Shown here in pieces: positions 18,362 through 30,515 of a stretch of DNA of 64,000 nucleotides. Source of the stretch: an uncultured Thermoleophilia bacterium (GTDB lineage Bacteria; Actinomycetota; Thermoleophilia; UBA2241); NCBI GenBank assembly GCA_963702475.1, contig CAVPCT010000002.1, positions 32,001 to 96,000 of the forward strand, read 5' to 3'. How positions within the stretch are numbered: the stretch's first letter is position 1; each line of letters starts with the position of its first letter. The position numbers were made by a program, and so were the translations under genes. The notes under the pieces are model-generated. The model was not told the origin of the DNA. It saw nothing but the letters and a program-made list of their open reading frames with translations, and searched no databases.

Positions 18362-18721
18362 GGGGGCGAACAGGTCTCGACATGGGCTGTACCGCGGTGG
18401 GAGCAGCAGGCCGAGGTCCGGTGGCCTCGTTAAACTGCCGGAACAACACACTTGCCGAGGATAACTCCTTCGCACTCGCTGCCTAATTAATTAGGCAGCG
18501 CATCGCACCCGGCTCGCCCGTGGCCGGGACTCGCGGTGTCATCTAACGGGCTGGGGTGCGGTCGCTCTGCTCCGTGCGAGCGCATCCGAGACTGATCGGG
18601 GCTGGCGAGCGGAACCTGTGCCGCTGCGGGGTCCGTAAGCGAGACAAATGCGACGGCTAAGCCTGTAGAGACTCCGCCGAGGCGTCCGTGGACGCGGGTT
18701 CGATTCCCGCCGCCTCCACCA
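18362..18721 (+). ncRNA. ssrA: tmRNA; tag peptide (A)AEDNSFALAA* at 18454-18486
   Basis: 5' GGGGGCG pairs with 3' CGCCTCC-A-CCA (G3:U), T-arm GGGTTCGATTCCC, tag ORF ending in ALAA-TAA. Confidence 0.97.
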
Positions 18722-18730
18722 ACTCTGTCG

Positions 18731-18781
18731 TCCTGCGTCCTGCGGCATCGTCCTGCGGCTCCTGCGGCTCGTCCTGCGGCT
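18731..18781. repeat. Short tandem TCCTGCG(GC) repeat, 5 copies, immediately after ssrA
   Basis: TCCTGCG starts at 18731, 18738, 18751, 18760 and 18772. Confidence 0.6.
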
Positions 18782-18798
18782 CTCGCGCCGTGGGCGCG

Positions 18799-19374
18799 TC
18801 AGCGCTTGCGTCCGCCGCGGCGCTGCCTGCTCTTCGCGGCGGGCTGGGCGGGCTGCGGCGCAGCGGGCGCTCGCCCGGGCGCAGCAGGGGCCCCTCCCGA
18901 GGCCTGGGCCGCGCGTGCCTTCGCGAGCCGCGCGCTCTGCATCCAGATGAACGCGTAGGCCGTGGTACCCACGAGCAGTCGCATCACCAGGGAGTTCACG
19001 GCGCCGCCGAGCGTCAGGATGCCGGTGATGGTCCCCGTGACCGCGGTGGTCCACATCACGAGGTTGACGTCGGCCACCTGCCTGCGCGTCAGGATTCTGA
19101 AGAACGTCGTGTTGACGGCGAGGAGCGCCATGAGCAGGGACGCGACCGCCATCAGGGCGAGCACGATGTACATGGGCCCCGCCTTGACCGCCGGGTCGGG
19201 CGCCAGGACGAAGCGGACCGCCGAGCCGACCATCGTGACGGCGATCACGACGACCACGACGACGAGCAGGGTCAGCGTCGTCGTGCGCATCGACTGCGCG
19301 CTCTTCGTCGGTCTCGTCGTCAGAAGGCTTCCGCCGTTGGCGGGCTTCGGGTCTTTGGGCGTGAGCGGGCTCAT
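18799..19374 (-). CDS. Hypothetical membrane protein (about 4 TM segments, basic tail)
   Basis: Hydrophobic segments in the C-terminal part of track ORF 18799-21075; ATG at 19374 with GGAG. Confidence 0.65.
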   Translation of the reverse strand: MSPLTPKDPKPANGGSLLTTRPTKSAQSMRTTTLTLLVVVVVVIAVTMVGSAVRFVLAPDPAVKAGPMYIVLALMAVASLLMALLAVNTTFFRILTRRQVADVNLVMWTTAVTGTITGILTLGGAVNSLVMRLLVGTTAYAFIWMQSARLAKARAAQASGGAPAAPGRAPAAPQPAQPAAKSRQRRGGRKR

Positions 19375-19515
19375 GCGGACTCCGTTTCGGCGGCCGGACG
19401 GGCCGTGAGGCTGTGCCCGGTACTGTACATGAACCCGCCGGCGCCGGCCGCGTGTGCGGTCGCCGGCGCCGGGTACCACTCCCGCTGCCGGGGCAACCTT
19501 CCCTATACTGACCCC

Positions 19516-20736
19516 GTGAGCGCGCCCGCCGACATCCTCGTATCCGCCCAGGGCGCCGCGCCGACCCCCCGTCACTCGCGCCTGCTCGACCCGCTCGCCG
19601 TCAGCATCTTTCTGGCGCTGGTGTTCACCGCGGCGGGCCTCGTGGAGTTGCTGCTGCGCGGCCCCGTGCCCGCGGGCTACCGCGACGACGGGGCCGCGCT
19701 CATCGTGCTCACCATCGCCGGCGGCCTCTCTCTCGGCATCATCTGGTGGTCGCCGCTGGCGAGTCTCCTGGCCAGCACCGTGCTCCTCGTCTGGCAGGCG
19801 ATGGCCCAGTACGAGTACACGCAGGCGGCCGTGATGGCCGTGGTGGTGGCGTCGTTCGCCACCGTGGCGTTCGACACGTGGAAGCGTGCCGTCGCGGCCG
19901 GGTTCGTGGTCACGGCGGGCATCGTGGTCGTCTTCGTGGTCCTGCCCGACCTCACCTGGGAGCGCGCCGTCAGCACCTGGGCCTCGCTCTCCGTGGTCTG
20001 GGTGGTCGCTGTGGTGATCCGCGTCTACCGCGGCAGCATCGAGCGCGCCGAGCGCAGGGCGGCGCTCTTTGCCGCCGACCGCGAGGCGCGCGCCCGCGAG
20101 GCCGTCACCGAGGAGCGCGCCCGTCTCGCCCGCGAGTTGCACGACAGCGTGGGGCATGCCCTCAACGTCGTCGTGCTGCACGCGGGCGCGGCCCGGCGGC
20201 TGGTGGAGACGAAGCCCCAGGTAGCGCGCGACGCGCTGGAGTCGATCGAGACCGCGGGCCGCCAGGCGCTCGGCGACATCGAGCGCATGCTCGGTATCCT
20301 GCGCGCGCCCGAGGAAGAGGTCAGCCGCGACGCTGCCCCAGGGATGGGTCAGCTGGATATGCTCTGCACTCAGGTGCGGGAGGCCGGGCTTCCGGTGGCG
20401 CTCCAGGTGGAGGGCGAGCGCGTCACCCTGCCCGCGAGCCTCGACCTCACGGCGTACCGCATCGTGCAGGAGGCTCTCACGAACACGCTGAAGCACGCCG
20501 GCACCAAGGCTCATGCCTGGGTGTCGGTCAGGTACGAGCCGGAGGCCGTCACGATCGACGTGCTCGACGACGGCCGCGGTGTGGTGGCCGCCACCACCGG
20601 CGGCGGCCGGGGTCTGCTCGGCATGCGCGAGCGCGTGGCGACGTTCAGAGGCGACCTCGTCGCGGGTGCGCGTGCGGAGGGCGGGTTCGCGGTGCACGCG
20701 CGCCTGCCCCTGGCGGGCGACGGCGTGCCGCGGTGA
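19516..20736 (+). CDS. Sensor histidine kinase (HisKA_3, LiaS/DesK-like)
   Basis: N-terminal TM segments, ERARLARELHDSVGH, YRIVQEALTN.LKHA, DDGRG, GLLGMRER. Confidence 0.92.
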   Translation: MSAPADILVSAQGAAPTPRHSRLLDPLAVSIFLALVFTAAGLVELLLRGPVPAGYRDDGAALIVLTIAGGLSLGIIWWSPLASLLASTVLLVWQAMAQYEYTQAAVMAVVVASFATVAFDTWKRAVAAGFVVTAGIVVVFVVLPDLTWERAVSTWASLSVVWVVAVVIRVYRGSIERAERRAALFAADREARAREAVTEERARLARELHDSVGHALNVVVLHAGAARRLVETKPQVARDALESIETAGRQALGDIERMLGILRAPEEEVSRDAAPGMGQLDMLCTQVREAGLPVALQVEGERVTLPASLDLTAYRIVQEALTNTLKHAGTKAHAWVSVRYEPEAVTIDVLDDGRGVVAATTGGGRGLLGMRERVATFRGDLVAGARAEGGFAVHARLPLAGDGVPR

Positions 20737-20818
20737 CGGCAGGCGCAGGGGACTGCAGGGGCGGGCGGCCGCCGGCGACCGACGACGGGCCGGCGGCGGC
20801 CCGGGAGACGGAGGGGAC

Positions 20819-21502
20819 ATGGGCGTGAAGGTGGTGCTGGCCGACGACGAGCAGCTCGTACGGGCCGGACTCAAGCTGATCCTCGAGGCAGAGGACGATA
20901 TCGAGGTGGTGGGCGAGGCCGGAGACGGGGCCGAGGCCGTCACGCTCACGCGCAGACTCGATCCCGACGTCGTGCTCATGGACGTGCAGATGCCGGTGAT
21001 GAACGGCATCGAGGCCACGCGGGCCATCGCGGCGCTGGGCCGGGAGGACAGCTCGCGCGTGCTCATCCTGACCACGTTCGACCTCGACGAGTACGTCTAC
21101 GAGGGTTTCAAGGCCGGGGCCAGCGGCTTTCTGCTCAAGCGGACGCCCGCACCCGACCTCGTCGCCGGCATCCACATCGTGGCCGCCGGCGAGGGCATGA
21201 TCGCTCCGTCGGTGACCACCCGGCTCATCGCCAAGTTCCGCGCGGCCGACGGGCAGACCGGAGTGCTGCGCGATCCGGCGGCGCTCGACGACCTCACGGA
21301 ACGCGAACGGGAGGTACTCATCCTCGTCGCCAAAGGCATGACCAACGGCGACATCGCCGCCCACCTGTTCCTCAGCGAGGGCACGGTCAAGACGCACGTG
21401 AAGCGCATCTTCTCCAAACTTGGGCTGCACGACCGCACGCAGGCCGTGATCATCGCCTACGAGGTCGGTCTGGTGAAGCCGGGCGAAGGCCCGGCGGAGT
21501 AG
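20819..21502 (+). CDS. NarL/LuxR-family response regulator
   Basis: LADDEQLVRAG, DVVLMDVQMP, LTERE, TVKTHV. Confidence 0.93.
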   Translation: MGVKVVLADDEQLVRAGLKLILEAEDDIEVVGEAGDGAEAVTLTRRLDPDVVLMDVQMPVMNGIEATRAIAALGREDSSRVLILTTFDLDEYVYEGFKAGASGFLLKRTPAPDLVAGIHIVAAGEGMIAPSVTTRLIAKFRAADGQTGVLRDPAALDDLTEREREVLILVAKGMTNGDIAAHLFLSEGTVKTHVKRIFSKLGLHDRTQAVIIAYEVGLVKPGEGPAE

Positions 21503-21519
21503 AGCCCGGCGCGGCGGGC

Positions 21520-21539
21520 CGTACCCCTGTGGGGGTACG
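21520..21539. promoter_or_regulatory. Inverted repeat, likely binding site of the adjacent response regulator
   Basis: CGTACCCC-TGTG-GGGGTACG upstream of the next operon; TACGCT -10-like element near 21619. Confidence 0.55.
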
Positions 21540-21661
21540 CGGGCCGCGCCGAGAATCCCTCCCCCAGCCGACGGCACGTTCCCGCCTCGGGGTGACGACC
21601 CGCGTGCCTCTTCTCGCTACGCTTGTCCCGCAAGGTGCGAGAGAAACGTGGAGGTGCGCTC

Positions 21662-22615
21662 ATGAACGACACGCCGCTCGGCAGGTTCTTCGGCGTGGTG
21701 ACCAGGCCGCGCACCTGGCTCAACCTGCTGTTCCAGATCGTCGCCTTCCCGCTGGGTCTCTTCTACTTCGTGTTCCTCGTGGTGGGGCTCTCCGTCGGCC
21801 TCGGGCTCGTGATCATCTGGGTCGGCATCCCGATCCTGCTCGTCGTGGCGGGCGCCTGGTGGCTCTTCGGCGCCCTCGAACGCTTCCAGGCGCGCGTGCT
21901 GCTCGGCGCCGCGGTCCCCGATGCGCCCCGGTCCTGGGAGACTGTCGACGGCATCTGGGGCAAGGTCAAGGCGCACTTCGGCAACGGCGCGACGTGGAAG
22001 GACCTCCTGTACCTGCTCGCCAAGCTCGCCTTCGGCGTGGTCTCGTTCACCCTCGTGGTGAGCCTGGCGTCGATCATCGCCTGGTTCTTCGCCCTGCCGT
22101 TCTCCTCGGCCTGGAACCTGGGGACCATCGACTTCGGCTCCGGACCCTGGGTCCCGCCCATGTGGCTCGGCGTGCTCGGCATCCCGGCCGGCGTGCTCAT
22201 GATCTTCGCGTCGCTGCATGTGCTCAACGCCTGGGGCTGGGTCTGCAAGCGGTGGGCGGAGGTCATGTTCAGCCTGGCTCCGCAGTCTCCGCTCGCAACG
22301 GCTCCGCCGGCGCCGCTGGTGTCGACGTCGCCGCAGACGTTCGGCGACGCGGGCACGGTCGCGACCTGGCAGGCGCCGGCCGGCGTGCCGGCCCCTCCCG
22401 ACCCGGCGACCGCCGTGATGCCGCCGCCGCCTCCCGCTGCGCTTGCCGCGCCGGTCCCGGCGTCTGCGCCCTCGCCTGAGCCGCAGCCGGCCGCGCCGGC
22501 GCCCCAGCCCGGTCCGCAGCCGCCTGCGCCGACCTCCGGGTCCGCTCCTCGAGCGACGGAGCCCGGACCGCAGCCCCCCGCGAACGACGTTGACCGACCC
22601 TCGGCGGGTCGGTGA
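21662..22615 (+). CDS. Membrane protein with putative sensor domain (PF13796-like) and Pro-rich tail
   Basis: TWLNLLF..FPLG..., WVGIP, ERFQAR, TWKDLLYLL.K. Confidence 0.7.
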   Translation: MNDTPLGRFFGVVTRPRTWLNLLFQIVAFPLGLFYFVFLVVGLSVGLGLVIIWVGIPILLVVAGAWWLFGALERFQARVLLGAAVPDAPRSWETVDGIWGKVKAHFGNGATWKDLLYLLAKLAFGVVSFTLVVSLASIIAWFFALPFSSAWNLGTIDFGSGPWVPPMWLGVLGIPAGVLMIFASLHVLNAWGWVCKRWAEVMFSLAPQSPLATAPPAPLVSTSPQTFGDAGTVATWQAPAGVPAPPDPATAVMPPPPPAALAAPVPASAPSPEPQPAAPAPQPGPQPPAPTSGSAPRATEPGPQPPANDVDRPSAGR

Positions 22616-22624
22616 GGAGGAGAG

Positions 22625-24193
22625 ATGGACGGTGTGCGTGCGCTGAGGATCCTCAGACCCTCGCTGGCGCTGATTGGGCTGGCCCTGGCTCTCGTGCTGC
22701 TGGGCGGTGCCCTGGCGGCTCCTGCAGGTGCGGCGAGCGGCCTGTCTGTGCCGTCCGGGTCGCTGGCCCCCGTGGGCGCCGCCGACCCCACGCAGCCGCT
22801 CGTGAAGGCCGGGGAAGACGTGGTCGTGCCGGCCGGTACGACCGTCGAGGCGGCCGTCGCCTTCGGCGGTGACGTGGCGGTGGATGGGACGGTCACGGAG
22901 GTCGCCATGGCCTTCGGCGGTGACATCGTCGTCGAGGGGAGCGTGGGGAGCAGCGTCGTGGCCTTCGGCGGCGACGTCACGGTGAGTGGGTCCGTCGGCG
23001 CCAGCGTGATCGCGTTCGGCGGCGACGTGCGGCTGCTGCCGGGCGCGGCGGTCGGGACGTCGATGAAGCCGTCTGACGACACGGTGGTGCTGTTCGGCGG
23101 CAAGCTGACGCGCGATCCCGCGGCCCAGGTGACGGGCAAGACGGCAGAGTACGACAACGCGAACTGGGCCAAGGCGGCGAGCTGGTTCGGCGGCGGCGTG
23201 GGACGCGGCATCGTGCGGCCCTGGGGCGGCTTCACCGTGCTGGGCTGGGTGATCCAGGCGGCGATCTTCCTGGTGCTGGGCCTCGTGGCGGCGGCGCTCA
23301 TGCCGAAGCAGATGCGCGCCGTGCAGCGCAAGCTCGCGGAGAAGACCGCGGCGTCGCTGGGCTGGGGTGCCCTCGCGTTCTTCGTGATCGTCCCGGCGGT
23401 GCTGGTCGTCCTCGTGATCAGCGTGGTCGGACTGCTGCTGGTGCTGCCCTACGCCGTCTTCCTGGCGTTGTTCTACTTCTTCGTGATCACCTCGGTCGGT
23501 GCGCTCGTGGCGGGGCTGCTGCTGAAGGGCACCCGGCACGCCGACAACCTGGTACTGGCGGTGGTGATCGGCGTGCTCGCCACCACGGTGGTCTCCAAGA
23601 TACCCGTGGCCGGCTTCCTCGTACTGGTCGTGATGGCCGTGTTCGGCGCCGGCGCGGCCGTGCTGGCCTACGGCGAGTACCGGCGGGCGCGCCGCGCGGC
23701 CATGACACCGGCCCCCGCCGGCGGGCCGGCGGGGGCCGTGTCGACGCCCGGCGCGGCGATGACGGCCGCCACCGCGGCGGTGCCGCCGCAGCCGCCCGTG
23801 TACGCGCCGGTCCCAGCGGACACGACCGGCGCGCAGACCGCCGCGGCGACGGCCCTGCCCGCTGGCGTGGAGTACTGGCCGGCGGTGCCGCCGCTGCCGC
23901 CGCTGCCGCCTGAGGCGCCGGCCGGGCCGGACCAGACTGCGGAGACTACGGTCGCCCAGGCCGAGCCTGTCGCCGGCCAGGAGCCCGCGGTCGCCGAGGC
24001 GCCTGCAGTGGCGCCTGCGGACGAGGCCGTTGTCGAGGGTGGCGTGGCGGAACCGACGGCGGAGACGGTCGCCGCCACGGGCAGCGAGGCGCCGGCTCTG
24101 GACGATGGATCGGCTTCGGCCGTCGGCGATCAACCGCGGCCGCCGGCCGGCAAGCCGCCGGGCGGTGACCCCGCCTCCCCGGAGGGCGTCTGA
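22625..24193 (+). CDS. Membrane protein with bactofilin-like AFGGD repeats, TM bundle and Pro/Ala-rich tail
   Basis: Signal-like N-terminus, repeated VAFGGDV.V.G, C-terminal TM segments. Confidence 0.7.
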   Translation: MDGVRALRILRPSLALIGLALALVLLGGALAAPAGAASGLSVPSGSLAPVGAADPTQPLVKAGEDVVVPAGTTVEAAVAFGGDVAVDGTVTEVAMAFGGDIVVEGSVGSSVVAFGGDVTVSGSVGASVIAFGGDVRLLPGAAVGTSMKPSDDTVVLFGGKLTRDPAAQVTGKTAEYDNANWAKAASWFGGGVGRGIVRPWGGFTVLGWVIQAAIFLVLGLVAAALMPKQMRAVQRKLAEKTAASLGWGALAFFVIVPAVLVVLVISVVGLLLVLPYAVFLALFYFFVITSVGALVAGLLLKGTRHADNLVLAVVIGVLATTVVSKIPVAGFLVLVVMAVFGAGAAVLAYGEYRRARRAAMTPAPAGGPAGAVSTPGAAMTAATAAVPPQPPVYAPVPADTTGAQTAAATALPAGVEYWPAVPPLPPLPPEAPAGPDQTAETTVAQAEPVAGQEPAVAEAPAVAPADEAVVEGGVAEPTAETVAATGSEAPALDDGSASAVGDQPRPPAGKPPGGDPASPEGV

Positions 24194-24350
24194 CGGGCGG
24201 GGCGCCGGCAGACCCCCGCGGCCGGGACGATGCGTGTTGTCTTACCCCGTTCCGCGTGGCATACAGTGAGCAAGTCCGTGTGGCGGGCCGGGCCCTCGAG
24301 GCCCGGCCCGCCACAGGCCGCGGTGTGCGGCCGCTGACGAGGAGGACGAC

Positions 24351-25157
24351 GTGACCGAGGACATCGTGAACGCGGGCGCGGCCATCGCTCTGGAGACCTG
24401 CGTGGCCGGCACCGAGACCGGCCTGGTCGACGCCGTGGTCCAGGCGCGCGGGATCACCAAGCTGTACGGCCAGGGCGACGCCTGCGTGCACGCCCTGGCG
24501 GGCATCGACCTGGACCTTGTTCGCGGCGCCTACACGGCGATCATGGGCCCGTCGGGCTCCGGCAAGTCGACGCTCATGCACGTGCTGGCCGGTCTCGACC
24601 GGCCGTCGGCAGGCAATGTGTGGATCGACGGCCAGGAGATCACCACGCTCAGGGAGCGCGCCCTCACGCAGCTGCGGCGCGACAAGATCGGCTTCATCTT
24701 CCAGACGTTCAACCTCCTGCCCACGCTGAAGGCGCAGGAGAACATCGTGCTGCCGCTGACGATCGCCGGGCGCAAGGGTGACGAGGCGTACATCGAGCAG
24801 CTCATCGACACCGTGGGTCTGCGCGACCGCCTGGACCACAAGCCCTCGGAGCTCAGCGGTGGCCAGCAGCAGCGCGTGGCCGTGGCCCGTGCGCTCGCCT
24901 CGCGGCCCGCCGTGCTCTTCGCCGACGAACCCACGGGCAACCTCGACTCCCGCACGGGCGAGGAGGTCCTCCAGCTCCTGCGGACGTCCTGCGACGGATT
25001 GGGCCAGACCATCGTGATGGTCACGCACGACGCCCACGCCGCCACCTACGCCGACCGCATCGTGTTCCTCAAGGACGGGCGCATCGCCCACGACTGCGGG
25101 CGCCTTGGGCGCGACGACATCTACGAGGTCATCAAGTCTCTGGAGGGGGCGGGTTGA
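24351..25157 (+). CDS. ABC transporter ATP-binding protein (LolD/MacB-like)
   Basis: GPSGSGKS, LSGGQQQR, DEPTGNLD, VTHD. Confidence 0.93.
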   Translation: MTEDIVNAGAAIALETCVAGTETGLVDAVVQARGITKLYGQGDACVHALAGIDLDLVRGAYTAIMGPSGSGKSTLMHVLAGLDRPSAGNVWIDGQEITTLRERALTQLRRDKIGFIFQTFNLLPTLKAQENIVLPLTIAGRKGDEAYIEQLIDTVGLRDRLDHKPSELSGGQQQRVAVARALASRPAVLFADEPTGNLDSRTGEEVLQLLRTSCDGLGQTIVMVTHDAHAATYADRIVFLKDGRIAHDCGRLGRDDIYEVIKSLEGAG

Positions 25158-27700
25158 TCCGTATCGCCTGGCGCAGCCTCACCGCGCACAAGCTGAGGAC
25201 GTTGCTCACCACGCTCGCCATCCTCCTCGGCGTGGCGATGATCTGCGGCACGTACGTGCTCAGCGACCAGATCGACCGCGGCTTCAAGAACATCTTCACC
25301 GACGCGTACGAGGGCATCGACGTCACCATCACCCGCAAGGCCAAGTTCAGCAGCCAGCTGTCCAGCGCCACCGAGGGGCTGCCGCAGTCGCTGGAGCAGA
25401 CGGTGCGCGACGTGGACGGGGTCGCGAAAGCCTACGGTTACGTGACGGGGATGGGGGCCATCGCCGTCGACGGCAAGGTGGTGTCCACCGGCGGCGCGCC
25501 CACGTTGTTCTTCTCGGCCGTGCCCACGGACATCAGCAACACCAGCTACGTGAGCGGCGGCCTGCCCGAGGGGTCGGGGGAGGTGTCCGTCATCCAGAAG
25601 CTCGCTCAGGACGAGAAGCTGGACATCGGATCCACTCTGACGGTGGTCACGCCCGGCGGTAGCGAGGAGGTCCGCGTCACGGGCATCTTCACGTTCGCCT
25701 CGCAGTCGTCCCTCGGCGGGTCGACGCTGATCGACGCGACCCTCTCGGACATGCAGCGCTGGTTCAGCATGCAGGGCAGGTTCTCGGAGATCGACGCCAA
25801 GGCGGAGGCGGGCGTGTCGTCCGAAGAGCTGGCGCGACGGATCAAGAAGGTCGTGCCGCCCTTCGCCGAGGTCAAGACGGGCACGCAGGCGGCCGCCGAC
25901 CAGAGCAGGCAGCTCAGCGACGCCATCGGTATGTTCCTCAAGCCCATGCTGCTCTCGTTCGGCGGCATCGCCGTGTTCGTCGGCGCGTTCATCATCTTCA
26001 ACGCCTTCTCCATGACGGTCGCGCAGCGCCGGCGCGAGTTCGCCATGCTGCGGGCGCTCGGGGCGAGCCGGCGGCAGGTCCTCGTCACACTGGCCGTCGA
26101 GGCGCTCGCCATGGGCGTCCTTGCCTCCGTGCTCGGCATCCTCGCCGGCCTCGGCATCTCGGCCGGCGTGCTCCAGCTGCTGCAGGCCGTCAACGTCGAC
26201 ATCCCGCACAGCGGGCTGGTGCTCGCGCCACGCACCGTCGCCATCTCGCTGGCCGTCGGCATCCTCGTCACCCTGCTGTCGGCCATCGTGCCGGCGTGGC
26301 GGGCGACGCGCGTGCCGCCGGTGGCAGCTCTGCAGGAGGGAGCTTCGCTGCCTCCCACCAGGCTCGCGCGCTTCATGCCGGTCGTGGCCGTCGTGGTCGC
26401 CGCGCTGGGCGTGGCCGGCATCGTGGCCGGCATGTACGCGCCGGGCACCACCACGACGCGCCTTGGCGCGATCGCCTTCGGTGCCGTACTGGTGTTCCTG
26501 GCCGTGGCCATCGCCAGCAAGTACCTGATCCGGCCGCTGGCCGGTGTGCTCGGCTGGCCGCTGCAGAAGGTGGCGCCGGTCAGCGGCCGGCTGGCGCGCG
26601 ACAACACCGTGCGCAACCCGGCGCGCACCGCCGCCACTGCCTCCGCTCTCATGATCGGTCTCGGCGTCGTGGTGTTCGTGGCCGTCTTCGCCCAAGGGCT
26701 GAAGAGCTCGTTCGTCGACGCCTTCGACAAGGTGTCGCGCGCCGACTTCGTCATCCAGAGCGAGGGCTTCGTCCCCCTGCCCTCGGGCACCGCGACCAAC
26801 CTGCAGTCCCTCCCCGGTGTGCAGACCGCGACGGGCCTGGACATGCAGCAGGTCCGTGCCGACGGCCAGACGGCCGTGGTCATGGGCATCGACCCCGGTC
26901 TGTTCAAGCAGCTGTGGCGCTTCGACTGGCTGAACGGAGGCACCGACGCCCTTCTCGGCCAGCTGGGGCGCGGCAACGCGGTCGTCGAGGAGCAGACGGC
27001 GTCGTCGCTCGGCGCCGCGGTGGGCGACACCATCACAGTCGAGACGCAGGACGGCAAGAAGGCGAAGCTCAAGATGACCGGCCTGTACCGCGACCCGATG
27101 ATGCTCAACGGCATCATCGTGGGCACCAGCGGCTACCAGGCGCTCTTCCCTTCGAGCCAGCAGTACATGGTGTTCGTCAAGGCGGCGCCCGGCAGCGACC
27201 TGGAGCAGGAGCAGCAGCGGCTCCAGGAGGCGCTGGCGTCGGTCCCCACCGCCAAGGTGCAGACCGCACAGGAGTACAAGGACAGCCTGGTCGGGCAGGT
27301 GAACCAGCTGCTCAACCTGGTGTACGGCCTGCTGGCGATGAGCGTGATCATCTCGCTGTTCGGCATCGTCAACACGCTGGTGCTGGCGGTGTACGAGCGC
27401 ACGCGCGAGATCGGCCTGCTGCGCGCCATCGGCTCGTCGCGGCGGCAAGTGCGGGCGACCGTGCGGTACGAGAGCGTGATCACGTCGGTGATCGGCGCCA
27501 TCATGGGGATCATCGTCGGGGTGCTGTTCGCCTGGGTGATCACGACCAGGTTCGCCGGGCAGGGCATCACGTTCTCATTGCCCGGCGGGCAGCTCGTCGT
27601 CTTTCTCATCGTGGGCGTGATCGTGGGCGTGATCGCCGCCATCCTGCCGGCGCGGCGGGCGGCGCGCATCGACATCCTGCAGGCGATCCACTACGAGTGA
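25154..27700 (+). CDS. ABC transporter permease with two FtsX-like domains
   Basis: QRRREFAMLRALGA and ERTREIGLLRAIG; overlaps the ATPase stop codon. Confidence 0.92.
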   Translation: MIRIAWRSLTAHKLRTLLTTLAILLGVAMICGTYVLSDQIDRGFKNIFTDAYEGIDVTITRKAKFSSQLSSATEGLPQSLEQTVRDVDGVAKAYGYVTGMGAIAVDGKVVSTGGAPTLFFSAVPTDISNTSYVSGGLPEGSGEVSVIQKLAQDEKLDIGSTLTVVTPGGSEEVRVTGIFTFASQSSLGGSTLIDATLSDMQRWFSMQGRFSEIDAKAEAGVSSEELARRIKKVVPPFAEVKTGTQAAADQSRQLSDAIGMFLKPMLLSFGGIAVFVGAFIIFNAFSMTVAQRRREFAMLRALGASRRQVLVTLAVEALAMGVLASVLGILAGLGISAGVLQLLQAVNVDIPHSGLVLAPRTVAISLAVGILVTLLSAIVPAWRATRVPPVAALQEGASLPPTRLARFMPVVAVVVAALGVAGIVAGMYAPGTTTTRLGAIAFGAVLVFLAVAIASKYLIRPLAGVLGWPLQKVAPVSGRLARDNTVRNPARTAATASALMIGLGVVVFVAVFAQGLKSSFVDAFDKVSRADFVIQSEGFVPLPSGTATNLQSLPGVQTATGLDMQQVRADGQTAVVMGIDPGLFKQLWRFDWLNGGTDALLGQLGRGNAVVEEQTASSLGAAVGDTITVETQDGKKAKLKMTGLYRDPMMLNGIIVGTSGYQALFPSSQQYMVFVKAAPGSDLEQEQQRLQEALASVPTAKVQTAQEYKDSLVGQVNQLLNLVYGLLAMSVIISLFGIVNTLVLAVYERTREIGLLRAIGSSRRQVRATVRYESVITSVIGAIMGIIVGVLFAWVITTRFAGQGITFSLPGGQLVVFLIVGVIVGVIAAILPARRAARIDILQAIHYE

Positions 27701-27784
27701 CGCCGTGCGGGTCGCCTGCGCGAGGCTTGTTCTTTATCATGAGCGGGCTCGCCATGGGCCGCGGACCCGCCGCTTGGCGCGCGG

Positions 27785-30508
<2,724 letters not shown>

Positions 30509-30515
30509 CCGGCGT

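Noticed and set aside
18362-18800. Prophage or genomic island integrated at ssrA
   Set aside because: There is no integrase, and I noticed no duplicate of the tmRNA 3' end in the window.
21500-21595. Functional Pyl read-through at the three TAG-terminated genes (21502, 41343, 62639)
   Set aside because: The response regulator looks complete at the TAG and its 30-codon extension runs through the operator region. I saw no sign of conserved coding sequence after the other two.
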